Of a DNA stretch of 64,000 bases, positions 25,424 through 36,814 are shown piece after piece. The notes beneath the pieces are model-generated. The model was not told the origin of the DNA, did no database searches, and was given only the letters and a program-made list of their open reading frames with translations. This stretch comes from Amoebidium appalachense. Lineage: Eukaryota; Protista; Ichthyosporea. The position numbers were made by a program, and so were the translations under genes. The first letter of the stretch is position 1. Every line of letters starts with the position of its first letter. The DNA is taken from the NCBI GenBank assembly GCA_963693365.1, contig CAVNZM010000005.1:12733728-12797727 (forward strand). Direction: 5' to 3'.

Positions 25424-26805
25424 ACGGACCCACAAGTACACGCACACTCACAGGCGCACATCCACCACCACACATCCACCACCACCATAATAGAAACTTA
25501 TTGACCACACTTCCAAAACCCATTTCCAAGTCCCCCCCCCCCCCTAAAAAAAAAATAAAAAATAATAAAACAAAACCCTACCAAGCCAACCCAAAAAATG
25601 CCCAAGCACGTGCATACAAAACAATGGGGACCATTTACACACCCAAAATGCAGTGCACACTTGCCTGAAGGCACATGTCCAGCGTAACCATTTTTGTCAC
25701 CAAACGCCGAGAACTTAGCCGCCTGCTCCTCTGGGGGAAGTTCTGTCAGGCGCTGGTCGTGGGGGCGGAAATCGTTACGCTTTTTGAGTTCATACTTGGT
25801 CCAATGCAGCGCCCTCGAGTAATACAGGAGCCGCTGCTCGTCGTATCGCTGCTTGTGGAGCTCCGAGAGGAGGGTGGCAAAGGCGTTTGGGCCCACACCT
25901 TTGTCTGCCAGTGCACGCAACAATGTTACCACCTTTAGGTCGAGCCCACTGCGGTGGCTAAGGTAGGCCGGAAACTGATCACGCATGAAGAGTGGAAGGC
26001 GTTTAATTGTCTGGGGGTTTGTGCCGGCAAAGTTTTTTTTGCATGTGTCACAAAAGTACCGGGCCGTGATAATGTAGTAGCAGCTGTCAAAGTCGATAAC
26101 ACGCCGTCCTACGGGGTTGCTCATGAACCCATTGCGAGAAGTACGGTGTGGGTTGGGGTGGTTGTGGGGGTCCACGTAGTGATCATCGAAGGGGCACGGC
26201 ACCATGAAACCGGGAGACAACCTTTCCGGAAGCCAGGCAAAACATCTGGGTTTGTAGAAAGGCGCTGGATCGCCCCCAAATTTAAAGCCTATAATGGGAG
26301 GTGGAAGATGCCACCCCACAGGCGTCTTCTCATCTTTGAGACTCTCTTTCACTGTGTGCAGGTGCGACTTGATTGTTTCGCCCGCCGCGTCAGAAAACTC
26401 CTCTCCACCGTCATCCCCGTCCGTATTATCTTCTCCCTCTTCCTCCCCTTCATCCTCGTCTACCCGGTACGCATCTGCTGCTGCATTTAGCAAAGGTTCC
26501 TCGTCGGGTTGCACCTGTATGTCTGGTGGGTGTGGAGCAGGGGCCCGATCCATTTCTCTTGGTAACGAATGGACGCTACCTGCCTCAACTACACGGGCCC
26601 TTATGTCGGCGGCCTTAGATAGAGGGGGCTGTTCGGGTTGTACGTTTACGTTTAGTTCCTGCAAAACAGCTTTGTTTGCCGTCCCAAAACCTGCAAAGTT
26701 CTGAACAAATGCAGCATCTTTTTTTTTGCGCCCAGCTCCCTCCCTAGCTCCGCCTGTTTTATGCCCAGGGCGCTGTGTTGTGCCCTTAGGGCAGCCTGGC
26801 TTCAT
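18898..26805 (-). CDS. DUF6729-like DDE transposase with inserted WRN-type DEDDy 3'-5' exonuclease; 6 exons, about 1535 aa
   Basis: Exons 26805-25665, 24693-24505, 23522-22692, 22251-21611, 21116-20910, 20496-18898 splice in phase (4608 nt, no internal stop). Junctions rebuild coherent motifs (GHVPS-G-KYLSAVY; NELG-E-IRAQV). Motifs: GGAREGAGRKKK; Cys-rich DUF6729-like region (RYFCDTCKK...LSHRSGLD); VLKADHTF; FYTDRCC; NDAFH; GCLSDPPG; RCIRGTNEVEG; C-terminal CKTC...CPG...C. Confidence 0.85.
22715..23185 (-). other. DEDDy 3'-5' exonuclease domain (WRN_exo / DNA_pol_A_exo1-like) within exon 3
   Basis: ExoI VVGLDCEW, TLQIAT, KVGKQIGTD (ExoII), RCSNW...LS..Q..YAALDAY (ExoIII); catalytic residues all present. 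Confidence 0.92.
23610..23915. repeat. Degenerate intronic minisatellite (CCAAACCCATGTGCCCACA...CTTTCCCC)
   Basis: About 6 imperfect copies in intron 2 of the transposase gene. Confidence 0.75.
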
Positions 26806-27329
26806 TTTAAACACTTGGGGCCTGGCCCCCTGCCCCCCTAGTGCGACTACGTTACCGCAAACATTCCCGTATTCCAGTGTGCTCGGCAATGCTGCTCATG
26901 GCCTTCCCGGACTGGTTGTGACCAGTAAAGAGCGCGCCAATTCCTGACCGCCGCCTACAGCAGTGTATGATCTGTTATCCATATTCGGCAAAAGGGGTCT
27001 TGCCCAACCAATGGCTTGAATCCTTGTAACTTTGCTTTATCCATATAAGGTTAGCTGAACACCCCCCCCTCCAATCATACCCCCCCCTTCTCTCTAGTAG
27101 TAGCTCCTGGCATGCCGCACCCCCCCCCCCCCCAAAAAGATCGGGGATTCGGAAAGGGAGGACAAAAACGCTGAAAGCGAAAAAAAAAAAAAAAAAGAGA
27201 GATCATTCAAAGAGGCTAGTATCGCATACATGCACCATTATCACTGTTGGACGTAAGCTTGTCACGCTGCCTTTAGACACTACCGGCGGGAGCCCACGCA
27301 CATCCTGGGTATAGATATCCCCATGGCTT

Positions 27330-27517
27330 GTCATTTGCCCTACCTTCCCCCCCTCTCTCTCCCTGTACACCTGTTGTGCCTATCTGTCTCTCTCTCTGTC
27401 TTTCTATTCCCTGATCCATCTCTCTCCTCCCACCCCATCTCTTTCCATCCTCTTTCTTCCGCCCTCTCTCTCTTTCCCCCCCCCCCCCCCCCCAACCCAC
27501 CCACCCACCGAGGTTCT

Positions 27518-27587
<70 letters not shown>

Positions 27588-27785
27588 CTCCCTCCACCCT
27601 CTCTTTCCCCCCCTCTCTCTCCGTCTCCCCCTCCCTCCCTCCCTCCCTCCCTCCCTCCCTCCCTCCCTCCCTCCCTCCCCCCTCTATCTCTCCTGTCTCT
27701 CCCCTCCCCCTCCCCCTCCCCCTCCCCTCCCACCAGTCTCTTATCCTCTCTGCTTTGCTCTCTCCTTCTCTCTCTTTCTCTCTTG

Positions 27786-27818
<33 letters not shown>

Positions 27819-27848
27819 CCTCCTCCCCCCCCCCCCCCTCTTCCCCTC

Positions 27849-27890
<42 letters not shown>

Positions 27891-27969
27891 CCCCCCCTCC
27901 CCCCCCCCCTCCCTGAGACTCCCCTCCACGCCTCTCTTAATCAAACATACACACACACACACACACACA

Positions 27970-28026
<57 letters not shown>

Positions 28027-28041
28027 CCTCTCCGTCTCTTC

Positions 28042-28087
<46 letters not shown>

Positions 28088-28293
28088 TTCTTTCCCCCCA
28101 CCTTCTCTCCTCTCGCTCTCCTTACATTCACCTCTCTTTCTCCCCCCCCCCCCCCCCCCCCCCCCCTCCTTCCTGAGACTCCCCCGCCCCTGCCCCCTCC
28201 CCCTCCCCCCCCCCCCCCTCTCTCTTTCCCTCCCTCCTCCTCCCCTCCTTTTCACATACACACTCGCGCGCGCGCGCACACACACACACACAC

Positions 28294-28353
<60 letters not shown>
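27330..28353. repeat. (CT)n / poly-C polypyrimidine block
   Basis: Directly visible; similar blocks at 31590-31950, 39806-40470 and 53700-54055. Confidence 0.95.
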
Positions 28354-28355
<2 letters not shown>

Positions 28356-28901
28356 CCACTTACTTATCAGACATGTACACAATCACAAGATAATTACGTA
28401 ATATAACAAATGGAAAAAGATACCACACGACACCAGACCCGATGAATGCATACACCTTGAAAAACCAGGCCTTATGTCTCGTTGTATATATAATGACCGC
28501 CTTAACCATATTGCCAAATATGGCACTCGCAAATGTGTAACACCTAAATACATAATACCTTCCTGTAGAATTGGTCTTTCTCTAGCTGATGGTATTATTG
28601 ATCACATACCACGCTTTTACTGTACACGTGCTATACAGTGGAGATCTAATAAGTATAAGGTGGCATCGTTTGCATGCCCAAACAATACACACACACACCA
28701 GTTTAAACGGTTATGTATCGCCAAATGTAGTTTGATAGACCACATAATACCGCAACACACACACGTCACATTCACAACAGACACCCAGAAAGATAGCCTA
28801 CCTAAAAACAACATCCTTGATTTTTATACTAAACACGCGAAACTACGACCTGTTTATTAGATGTATTGATTGGCTTGAGAAACACATCATTACAGAATTC
28901 T

Positions 28902-28978
<77 letters not shown>

Positions 28979-29010
28979 CCAGCTGATACCGAGTGTCCCA
29001 GGGGAGCCCG

Positions 29011-29057
<47 letters not shown>

Positions 29058-29244
29058 GGGGAACCCCAACTAATTGATTTTTCTTAGTCTTTATGGTGTC
29101 TCGTAGAGAAAGTAAACCCTGATATATATATAGTCATCACCCGACATCTGTGATCATGATATACCGCTGAGGGGATATTCTGAGCAAAACCCCCCCGTAC
29201 CTGAGACTGGTCTCTCTTTGCCTCGAGTAAACAGCGTAAACCCC
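28354..29244 (+). mobile_element. LINE-type retroelement family A, 5'-truncated copy
   Basis: Closely matches 33961-34842; ORF tail RAIQWRSNKY...CPNNTHTHQF; ends CAGCGTAAACCCC; sits inside (CT)n sequence. Confidence 0.9.
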
Positions 29245-30247
29245 TCTCTCCCTCTCTCTGCCTCTCTCTCTTCCCCCCCCCCCCCCCCCCCCCCCCCCAA
29301 CACACACACACACCTCCTTCTTTAAGGCTTCCTTTCTCTCTCTCGAATCCATGTGCCCCCCCCCCCCCCCCCCCCCCCTTCTCTCTCAACCAAAATAAAA
29401 TAAAATAATAAGCTTTAAAATTTCCGGATGATGGCATACATACATAATATTCTTGGGGAATGGCGAAAAATAAAGCCCAGAGAGACTTCCCTCACTTTTT
29501 ATCCCTCCTCCTACTTGCATATGCATGTGCTGGCAGCATTCTTTGTGATGTATTTAAGTTATGGCATTGCCACATGTCTATTCGGGCTCCACTTTGATGT
29601 TTGTCATTGCTTTTTTGATTTTAAAACGGGGGAAGGGGGGGGGGGGACCCACCTCCCCCTCAGAGGGGTAGGGCCCCCCCGCCGGGGAGGGGGGGGGGGG
29701 GGGGGGGGGGGGGCACCACCCTTTCGAGTAGGGCCAGGGGGGGGGGGGGGGGGCACCACCATCGGGGGGGGGGGGGGGAGGCTACCCAAAAATGTCTAAT
29801 ACATATTAGGATGTACATTGAAAACATGCTGGCATTGCCACCTCCTCTACATCCACTATATTCGTATATATCAATTTTCAAGCCCTGGGTCAATGACTGG
29901 TACCTGCTTATTTGCTAGGCATCACCCCCCCCCCCCCCCCCCCCCCCCCTTCCCCCTCTTCCCCCCCCCCCCCTCGAACCACTGCGGGCCCGTTCGGGCC
30001 TGCCCTCTCTACGCCTCTTGGAATCTCAAGCTCATACCGAGACCGCGTTTATTTGTTACTCACATCTGCTGCCTTTCTCCATTATGTGCAGTAGTAAAGC
30101 ACACATGCACACGCACGCGCATGCTCTCGGGCACGGTCCACAGACTGCCGCGGGGAAATGTGTTTATCTCTGCAAATGATATCGATGCGCGCGCGCACGC
30201 GAGCGTGGCACTGACATTCTGAATTCCCTTTTTTCTCTCTTACCGAT

Positions 30248-30286
<39 letters not shown>

Positions 30287-31167
30287 TTCCCCCCCCCCCC
30301 CCAAAGAACAACAACAACAACAACAACCATGGTGCACCATGCAGGTCAACCCGCCCTCTCTTTCGCTCTCTATCACCTCTCCTTCCCCCCCCCCCCTCCC
30401 CCTCCCCCCCCCCCCCCCCCCCCCTCCTTTTTTTTGTCTGGCTCGACTTCATCCATGCATCATCAACAACAACTTCGGAAACACACACGACACACTATGG
30501 CAATCCAAACACACATGCCACGGAATTCAATTTAATGCACATTGCGTGCAACTGAGTTGTGCCAGAGAATTGTAAATCTCAAGGCCGTGGACACACACAC
30601 AACACATGAACACAAACACACACACGGCATACGCACAAACATACACACAGACAAACACGCACTGAGACACACACACACACCGTGACAGTCACCAACACGG
30701 TGTGCACACACCCTCTTCTCTGGCACACACGTAAAATGACATGTAATTTCGCACATGCTAAGCGCAGCGCATCCACACAGCTTGCACATGTGGCACGAGG
30801 TTTACCCACACACTGTTGTCTGTCAGGCCACCACAGTAATTATGTAGCCATGCCGAATATAATGCCCACCCACCTGAAGCTTACGGACACATACACACAC
30901 AGTCCCACGTCTACATGGGAAGTCGCAGCAACACACTTCCAGTGAGATGTTGTGCATGATAGCTCTTGCCCAACCAAAATTCGAAGCTCTGGTTAAAACG
31001 ATTTGAAGAGGTACAAACGTCATGTTGGTGATGGAGTTGAATGAGAGGAGAGGGGGGGGGGGGGGGGGGGGGGGGGGTGAATCACGGCGAGCCTCCCAGA
31101 AACATTGAGACGGAGGGGGGTGCGCAGCCGCGGCCGGTAGGGAGACTCCCGTCGGGGTCCCCACACA

Positions 31168-31232
<65 letters not shown>

Positions 31233-31583
31233 CCACCACCCCACTAAAGAGGTGGGTCCCCACCCCCCCCGGGGGGAGAGGGGGGGAGGGGGGGAGGGAA
31301 CCACCGCCCCGGCGGTCAGCTTGGGGAAGGGTGGGAGGGGACCCACCGCCCCCTCGAGCATGCTCAGGGGGGGGGGGGGGGGGGGGGGGGGGGACCCACC
31401 ACCATGTGTCACCTCAACACTTACTACTGCCCACCCTCACTTTTCAAATATGCAAAAAGCCCAAATTTGATGGACTGACACCGCAGCACTTCACAATTTC
31501 AGTCACCAATCTGGAGCACGTGCATGGCCATATTATGTGTCAACCTGCCTTTTGCCCGCCAGAAGTTTTAAAACATCCCTCAT

Positions 31584-31618
<35 letters not shown>

Positions 31619-31651
31619 GTCTCTCTCTCGTGCTCTCTCTGTCTCTCTGTG

Positions 31652-31685
<34 letters not shown>

Positions 31686-31686
31686 T

Positions 31687-31755
<69 letters not shown>

Positions 31756-31858
31756 CTCTGTCTTTCTCTCTCGCTCTCTGTCTTTCTCTCTCTCTCGTGC
31801 TCTCTCTCTCACTCACTCTCTCTCTCTCCGAGGCTCTCTCTCTCTCTCTCCCTCTCTT

Positions 31859-31950
<92 letters not shown>

Positions 31951-31951
31951 A

Positions 31952-32226
31952 TTTTCGCACGTCCAGATATTCATACACAAGCATACAGTCCAACGCACTT
32001 TTCGCACGTTCAGATATTCATACACAAGCATACAGTCCAACGCACTTTTCGCACGTCCAGATATTCATACACAAGCATACAGTCCAACGCACTTTTCGCA
32101 CGTCCAGATATTCATACACAAGCATGCAGTCCAACGCACTTTTCGCACGTCCAGATGTTCATACACAAGCATGCAGTCCAACGCACTTTTCGCACGTCCA
32201 GATATTCATACACAAGCATGCAGTCC
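31952..32226. repeat. 47-bp tandem array, about 5.8 copies (TTTTCGCACGTCCAGATATTCATACACAAGCATRCAGTCCAACGCAC)
   Basis: Period 47 measured from successive GTCCAGATAT-like positions; no spacers. Confidence 0.95.
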
Positions 32227-32521
32227 CGCAGGCAAACCCACACACACAAACTGACGTATGCGCACCTGCCGGAGCACACATTTTCACATTGTATTACTAT
32301 GTACATAGCTGCTGCACACAAGTCTTACACTGTGTGACACACGTACCCAGAAGGGTTCCGGTAAGGTGTGTGGCTTTAGCGGCCGTGGCCGTGTAGTAGG
32401 TACCATTAATAAGGGATGGCTCCCGTCTGTTTTATGGTGTACATATACCATGCATATGGGGCACATGTTGTGTTTCCGGATTGGCCGGAGGGAGCGGCCA
32501 ATAAAGTGCAATGATCCCTTA

Positions 32522-32553
<32 letters not shown>

Positions 32554-32554
32554 T

Positions 32555-32613
<59 letters not shown>

Positions 32614-32614
32614 T

Positions 32615-32645
<31 letters not shown>

Positions 32646-32982
32646 CACACATACAAAAACACACAGAAAACTAAATGGCATGTGACACTGTGGGGTTGCC
32701 GGTGCGCACATGCGTCCCCGCTCAGTATGTATGATATGCATCATGCAAACACCAATTGCACATGCGTCCCCGCTCAGTATGTATGATATGCATCATGCAA
32801 ACGCCAATCGCACATCCGTCCCCGCTCAGTATGTATGATATGCATCATATGTATGATATGCATCATGCAAACACCAATTGCACATCCGTCCCCGCTCAGC
32901 ATGTATGATATGCATCATGCAAACACCAATTGCACATCCGTCCCCGCTCAGTATGTAACCCTTCTGTTGGTGTTATGTTTCC

Positions 32983-33462
32983 TGTAAACAACTGTACACA
33001 TGAACTGTACATGTTTACTAAAGAATGTGATCTACTAGCACACGATTCGTGCTTTGTCATGAATATCACATAAATATTATGTCCGCACCAATAGGACTCA
33101 CTCTGACCTAAGAATTGAACCATATATGGTTCTTCAGCTGCATACCACATAAACGAAGTGAACCAATAAGAGGTTTGCATAAATAGGACAAAGGTCTGAC
33201 TGGCTCGGACCGCACCAGAATCACGAATGGCATGTTGCCACCCGCGCTGGCCGCGGATGAACCAATCCTGGGCCTTGATCCGAAACCTGGGGGCTATATA
33301 AGAAAGCCGTCCCAGTACGGGGATCACATCAGTGAAGTCTGAGACAGACTGAGTCGGCCCATAGTAAAAGCAACCTGGCCGCGTGTGCCTTTCTACCCGT
33401 TCTCTGTCTTTATTTTGATTCAGTTGTACTCTGCCTTATCCTAACTAGTCCAACTGTTTACA
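32983..33462 (+). mobile_element. Solo LTR, 480 bp
   Basis: TGTAAACA...TGTTTACA inverted ends, 5-bp TSD TTTCC (32978-32982 / 33463-33467), TATATAA near 33295, AGTAAA near 33363; interrupts otherwise colinear family A sequence. Confidence 0.9.
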
Positions 33463-33471
33463 TTTCCCCAT

Positions 33472-34512
33472 ATGGTCGAAAAGAGGGTAGAGTTGGCTCG
33501 TAAGCGGTTAGCTTTCTTCTCGGCTAATATTTTTAAAGACACACCCCTCCATCCTTCTATTAGACTTACATTTATTCGCACTTTTGTCTTCCCGGCATGT
33601 GAATATGGTTTACCCCTTCTCGCCGCTTGGATCAAGAAAGAGAGAACTAGAGCGCTTAAACCCTTGGCAAATTTCCTTGAAGCAGAAGTTGCCTCCTTTC
33701 TATCTAACAACTGTTGTAAACCTGGGCCTGTAACGCTCTCGATATATGGTCTGGTCCCAATAGCTGCTAGAGTATCCTATCTCGCGCTGAAATTCAATAA
33801 GCACATAAGCCGCTTAAAGAAGTATTTGCCCTCCCACCCTCTCTTCTCTATCCGACCTGTCCCCTCCTCACCTCTCCCCTCTTTCCTCCCCTCTCTCTCC
33901 CCTTCTCCCCTGGGCACAAATACAAATAAACCCCGCAATAGTGTGTGTGTGACTTTGGACTGCCACTTACTTATTAAACATGTACACAATCACAAGATAA
34001 TCACGCAATATAACAAATGGAAAAAGATACCACACGACACTAGACCCGATGAAAGCATACACCTTGAAAAACTAAGCCTTATGTCTCGTTTTATATATAA
34101 TGACCGCCTCAACCATATTGCCAAATATGGCACTCGCAAGTGTATAACACCTAAATACATATTACCTTCCTGTAGAACTGGTCTTTCTCTAGCTGATGGT
34201 ATTATTGATCAATTACCACGCTTTTACTGTACACGTGCTATACAGTGGAGATCTAATAAGTATAAGGTGGCATCATTTGCATGCCCAAACAACACACACA
34301 CACACCAGTTTAACCGGTCATGTATCGCCAAATGTAGTTTGATAGACCACATAATACCGCAACACACACACGTCACATTCACAACAGACACCCAGAAAGA
34401 TAGCCTACCTGTAAATTACAACATCCTTGATTTTATACTAAACACGCGTAACTACGACCTGTTTATTAGATGTATTGATTGGCTTGAGAAACACATCACT
34501 ACAAAATTATAG
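33472..34512 (+). CDS. C-terminal part of family A retroelement polyprotein (post-RT thumb plus Cys/His-rich tail)
   Basis: IRLTFIRTFVFPACEYGLPL is a LINE post-RT motif; linked to RT motifs in the copy at 43128-45520; 346 uninterrupted codons. Confidence 0.8.
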   Translation: MVEKRVELARKRLAFFSANIFKDTPLHPSIRLTFIRTFVFPACEYGLPLLAAWIKKERTRALKPLANFLEAEVASFLSNNCCKPGPVTLSIYGLVPIAARVSYLALKFNKHISRLKKYLPSHPLFSIRPVPSSPLPSFLPSLSPSPLGTNTNKPRNSVCVTLDCHLLIKHVHNHKIITQYNKWKKIPHDTRPDESIHLEKLSLMSRFIYNDRLNHIAKYGTRKCITPKYILPSCRTGLSLADGIIDQLPRFYCTRAIQWRSNKYKVASFACPNNTHTHQFNRSCIAKCSLIDHIIPQHTHVTFTTDTQKDSLPVNYNILDFILNTRNYDLFIRCIDWLEKHITTKL

Positions 34513-34533
34513 CGCACGCGCACACACACACAC

Positions 34534-34584
<51 letters not shown>

Positions 34585-34616
34585 CCAGCTGATACCGAGT
34601 GTCCCGAGGGGAGCCC

Positions 34617-34647
<31 letters not shown>

Positions 34648-35506
34648 CGGGGAACCCCAACTAATTGATTTCTCCTTGTAGTCTTTATGGTGTCTCGTAG
34701 AGAAAGTAAACCCTGATATATAGTCACCACCCGACATCTATGTACGTGATCATGATATACCGCTGAGGGGATATTCCGAGCAAACCCCCCCCCCCATACC
34801 TGAGACTGGTTCTCTTTGCCTCGAGTAAACAGCGTAAACCCCTGTATGATATGCATCATGCAAACACCAATTGCACATCCGTCCCCGCTCAGTATGTATG
34901 ATACAGTGCATCATGCAAACACCAATTGCACATCCGTCCCCGCTCAGTATGTGTGATATACATCATGCAAACACCAATTGCACATCCGTCTCCGCTCAGT
35001 ATGTATGATATGCATCATGCAAACACCAACTGCATCCCCGCTCAGTATGTATGATATGCATCATGCAAACACCAACTGCATCCCCGCTCAGTATGTATGA
35101 TATGCATCATGCAAACACCAATTGCAGCCCCGCTCAGTATGTATCATATGCATCATGCAAACACCAATTGCATCCCCGCTTAGTATGTATGATATGCATC
35201 ATGCAAACACCAATTGCATCCCCGTTTACTGTATGTATGATATGCAATTGGCACACGCGCACGCCCCGTCAATCACCCATACACAGAGACGGAGCGAGGC
35301 GCAGGCAGCATATGATTACACGCACACACAGAGTATATTTGCACGCACCACATATGCAGCTGCATCATGCGGTACACACACTGCTCTGAGTACCATCACA
35401 CACTTTTTCTCTCTCACTCACCGTCTCCTTCCCCACCTCTTGAACTCCCCCTTCTCCTCAGAATTTCTCTCCCGCACACATGTGCATGCATGCATCATCC
35501 CATTTG

Positions 35507-35577
<71 letters not shown>

Positions 35578-35857
35578 CTGCGCGTGCACACACACCTTGA
35601 CACACACACAGTACGTATACCCAGCACCACACACGCACAGGAGAAAGGAGGAGGGGAGGGGGGGGGGGGATGGGGGGGGGGGGGGGGGGAGGGGGGGGGG
35701 GGGAGAATGGAACATGTAAGGAGGCAAGACTTAAGTCTTTTATTCGCCAGTGAATAATTTCAATGCATCTCAAGCGAAGTAAAAACTTTCAAATACACAA
35801 CGGCAACAACATAGGACAGTATATGGGCTCCAAAGCTGAACTACAGTATCCAGTGTG

Positions 35858-36814
35858 TCATTGTGGAGTATTGTGTTGACGACCTCTCTTTTTGGGCATA
35901 TTTTGAAGCACTGTTTCCTCTACAAGGGGTGGTATGGTGGGTGGACTAATAAGATCATAGCCATATCTGGTTGGGCTTAGGTTTGTTGCGGGCAGAGGGC
36001 CCCGAGGTTCGTCCTGCTGTGCCCATTGGCCCAGCACAAACTGGTCATGTGCTTCTATTGCCTCTAGTTTGGTTGCATAGCAACCTAGATACGTAGCGCT
36101 TCTGAACCTATTCTTTTCTTTTCGGGAATTAGATGAAATGATAGCCTGGACCTTCCATGGTTTTGAATTATCTCTCACCCGGTAAATCCCTATGCTTCCA
36201 CCTCTGCGTGCCTGACCCTCCGTGAGGTAATCACTCTCTCTGTAGAAATTAATCCGTCTTATCTTCTCCAACTTTGGCAATTTGGAGGCTCTTACACCCA
36301 CATCCACAGCACATGCCGCCTCAACTTCAGTCAAAAAGTAATCAGTGCGGGGTCGTTTGCCATATTCATCCTGCAACCTTGCCCCCCAAACTCTGGTCCC
36401 ACTAGTAGCACCCTTACGCCTATAAACACCCCGAAACAAGGAGGTCCATTCCCTCGCCATTCTTTTCCTCCACTGCATCACCACTTTCCGCGTCTCCTCC
36501 GCCGTGGGCACAAATTGCTCCAGCAAGCCCAGGCTGACGTTGGTCCTTGCCAGGTATTTCTCATCCAACACTTTGATTTGCACGAGGTAGTGAATGGCCG
36601 TGTCGGTGTGCCGGGCAGCAGAAACCTTACAGTCGAAAGAGCCGATGTAGAACTGCCTACTGGAAATTGCTGACATCCACTTGGACTCTCCAATATTCCA
36701 ATGCACACCCCAAAATCTGGACTTCTTGCCTGTGCTCTGAGTTTGGGTCGCCATTGACCTGGTGGGCTGCAACTGCCGTGTGGGCAGTGGATCCACGGCA
36801 GCCACAGGGTTGGC
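35858..36814 (-). CDS. Terminal exon of a protein with three AP2-like DNA-binding domains (probable upstream exon 37470-37376; start not defined)
   Basis: SRFWGVHW...KWMSAI...YIGSF...AARHTD; SLFRGVY...WGARL...FLTEVEAACAVD...INF; IGIY...W..Q...YLGCYATKLEAIEAHD...TNL; CTGCAG acceptor before 36814. Confidence 0.8.
   Translation of the reverse strand, partial: ANPVAAVDPLPTRQLQPTRSMATQTQSTGKKSRFWGVHWNIGESKWMSAISSRQFYIGSFDCKVSAARHTDTAIHYLVQIKVLDEKYLARTNVSLGLLEQFVPTAEETRKVVMQWRKRMAREWTSLFRGVYRRKGATSGTRVWGARLQDEYGKRPRTDYFLTEVEAACAVDVGVRASKLPKLEKIRRINFYRESDYLTEGQARRGGSIGIYRVRDNSKPWKVQAIISSNSRKEKNRFRSATYLGCYATKLEAIEAHDQFVLGQWAQQDEPRGPLPATNLSPTRYGYDLISPPTIPPLVEETVLQNMPKKRGRQHNTPQ

Larger units (their letters stand above)
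32958..34842 (+). mobile_element. LINE-type retroelement family A, 5'-truncated, carrying a solo LTR
   Basis: TTCTGTTGGTGTTATGTTTCC at the 5' end is colinear with the copy near 61050; ORF 33472-34512; ends GTAAACCCC; TGTA on both sides (short TSD or microhomology). Confidence 0.9.
32705..35250. repeat. 52-bp minisatellite (46-bp variant distally) split by a retroelement insertion: arms 32705-32957 and 34843-35250
   Basis: Unit CCCGCTCAGTATGTATGATATGCATCATGCAAACACCAATTGCACATCCGTC resumes in register after 34842. Confidence 0.92.

Noticed and set aside
26806-26900. Longer N-terminus for the transposase from the TTG at 26889 or the ATG near 26899
   Set aside because: TTG is an unlikely eukaryotic start and the upstream ATG is out of frame and hits a stop; the ATG at 26805 was used.
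31952-32226. 47-bp and 52-bp arrays as CRISPR-like arrays
   Set aside because: The units are contiguous with no unique spacers, there are no cas genes, and the context is eukaryotic; these are minisatellites.
34585-34660. Hammerhead ribozyme in the family A tail (CTGATA...)
   Set aside because: The CUGANGA and GAAA core with the required stems is not present.
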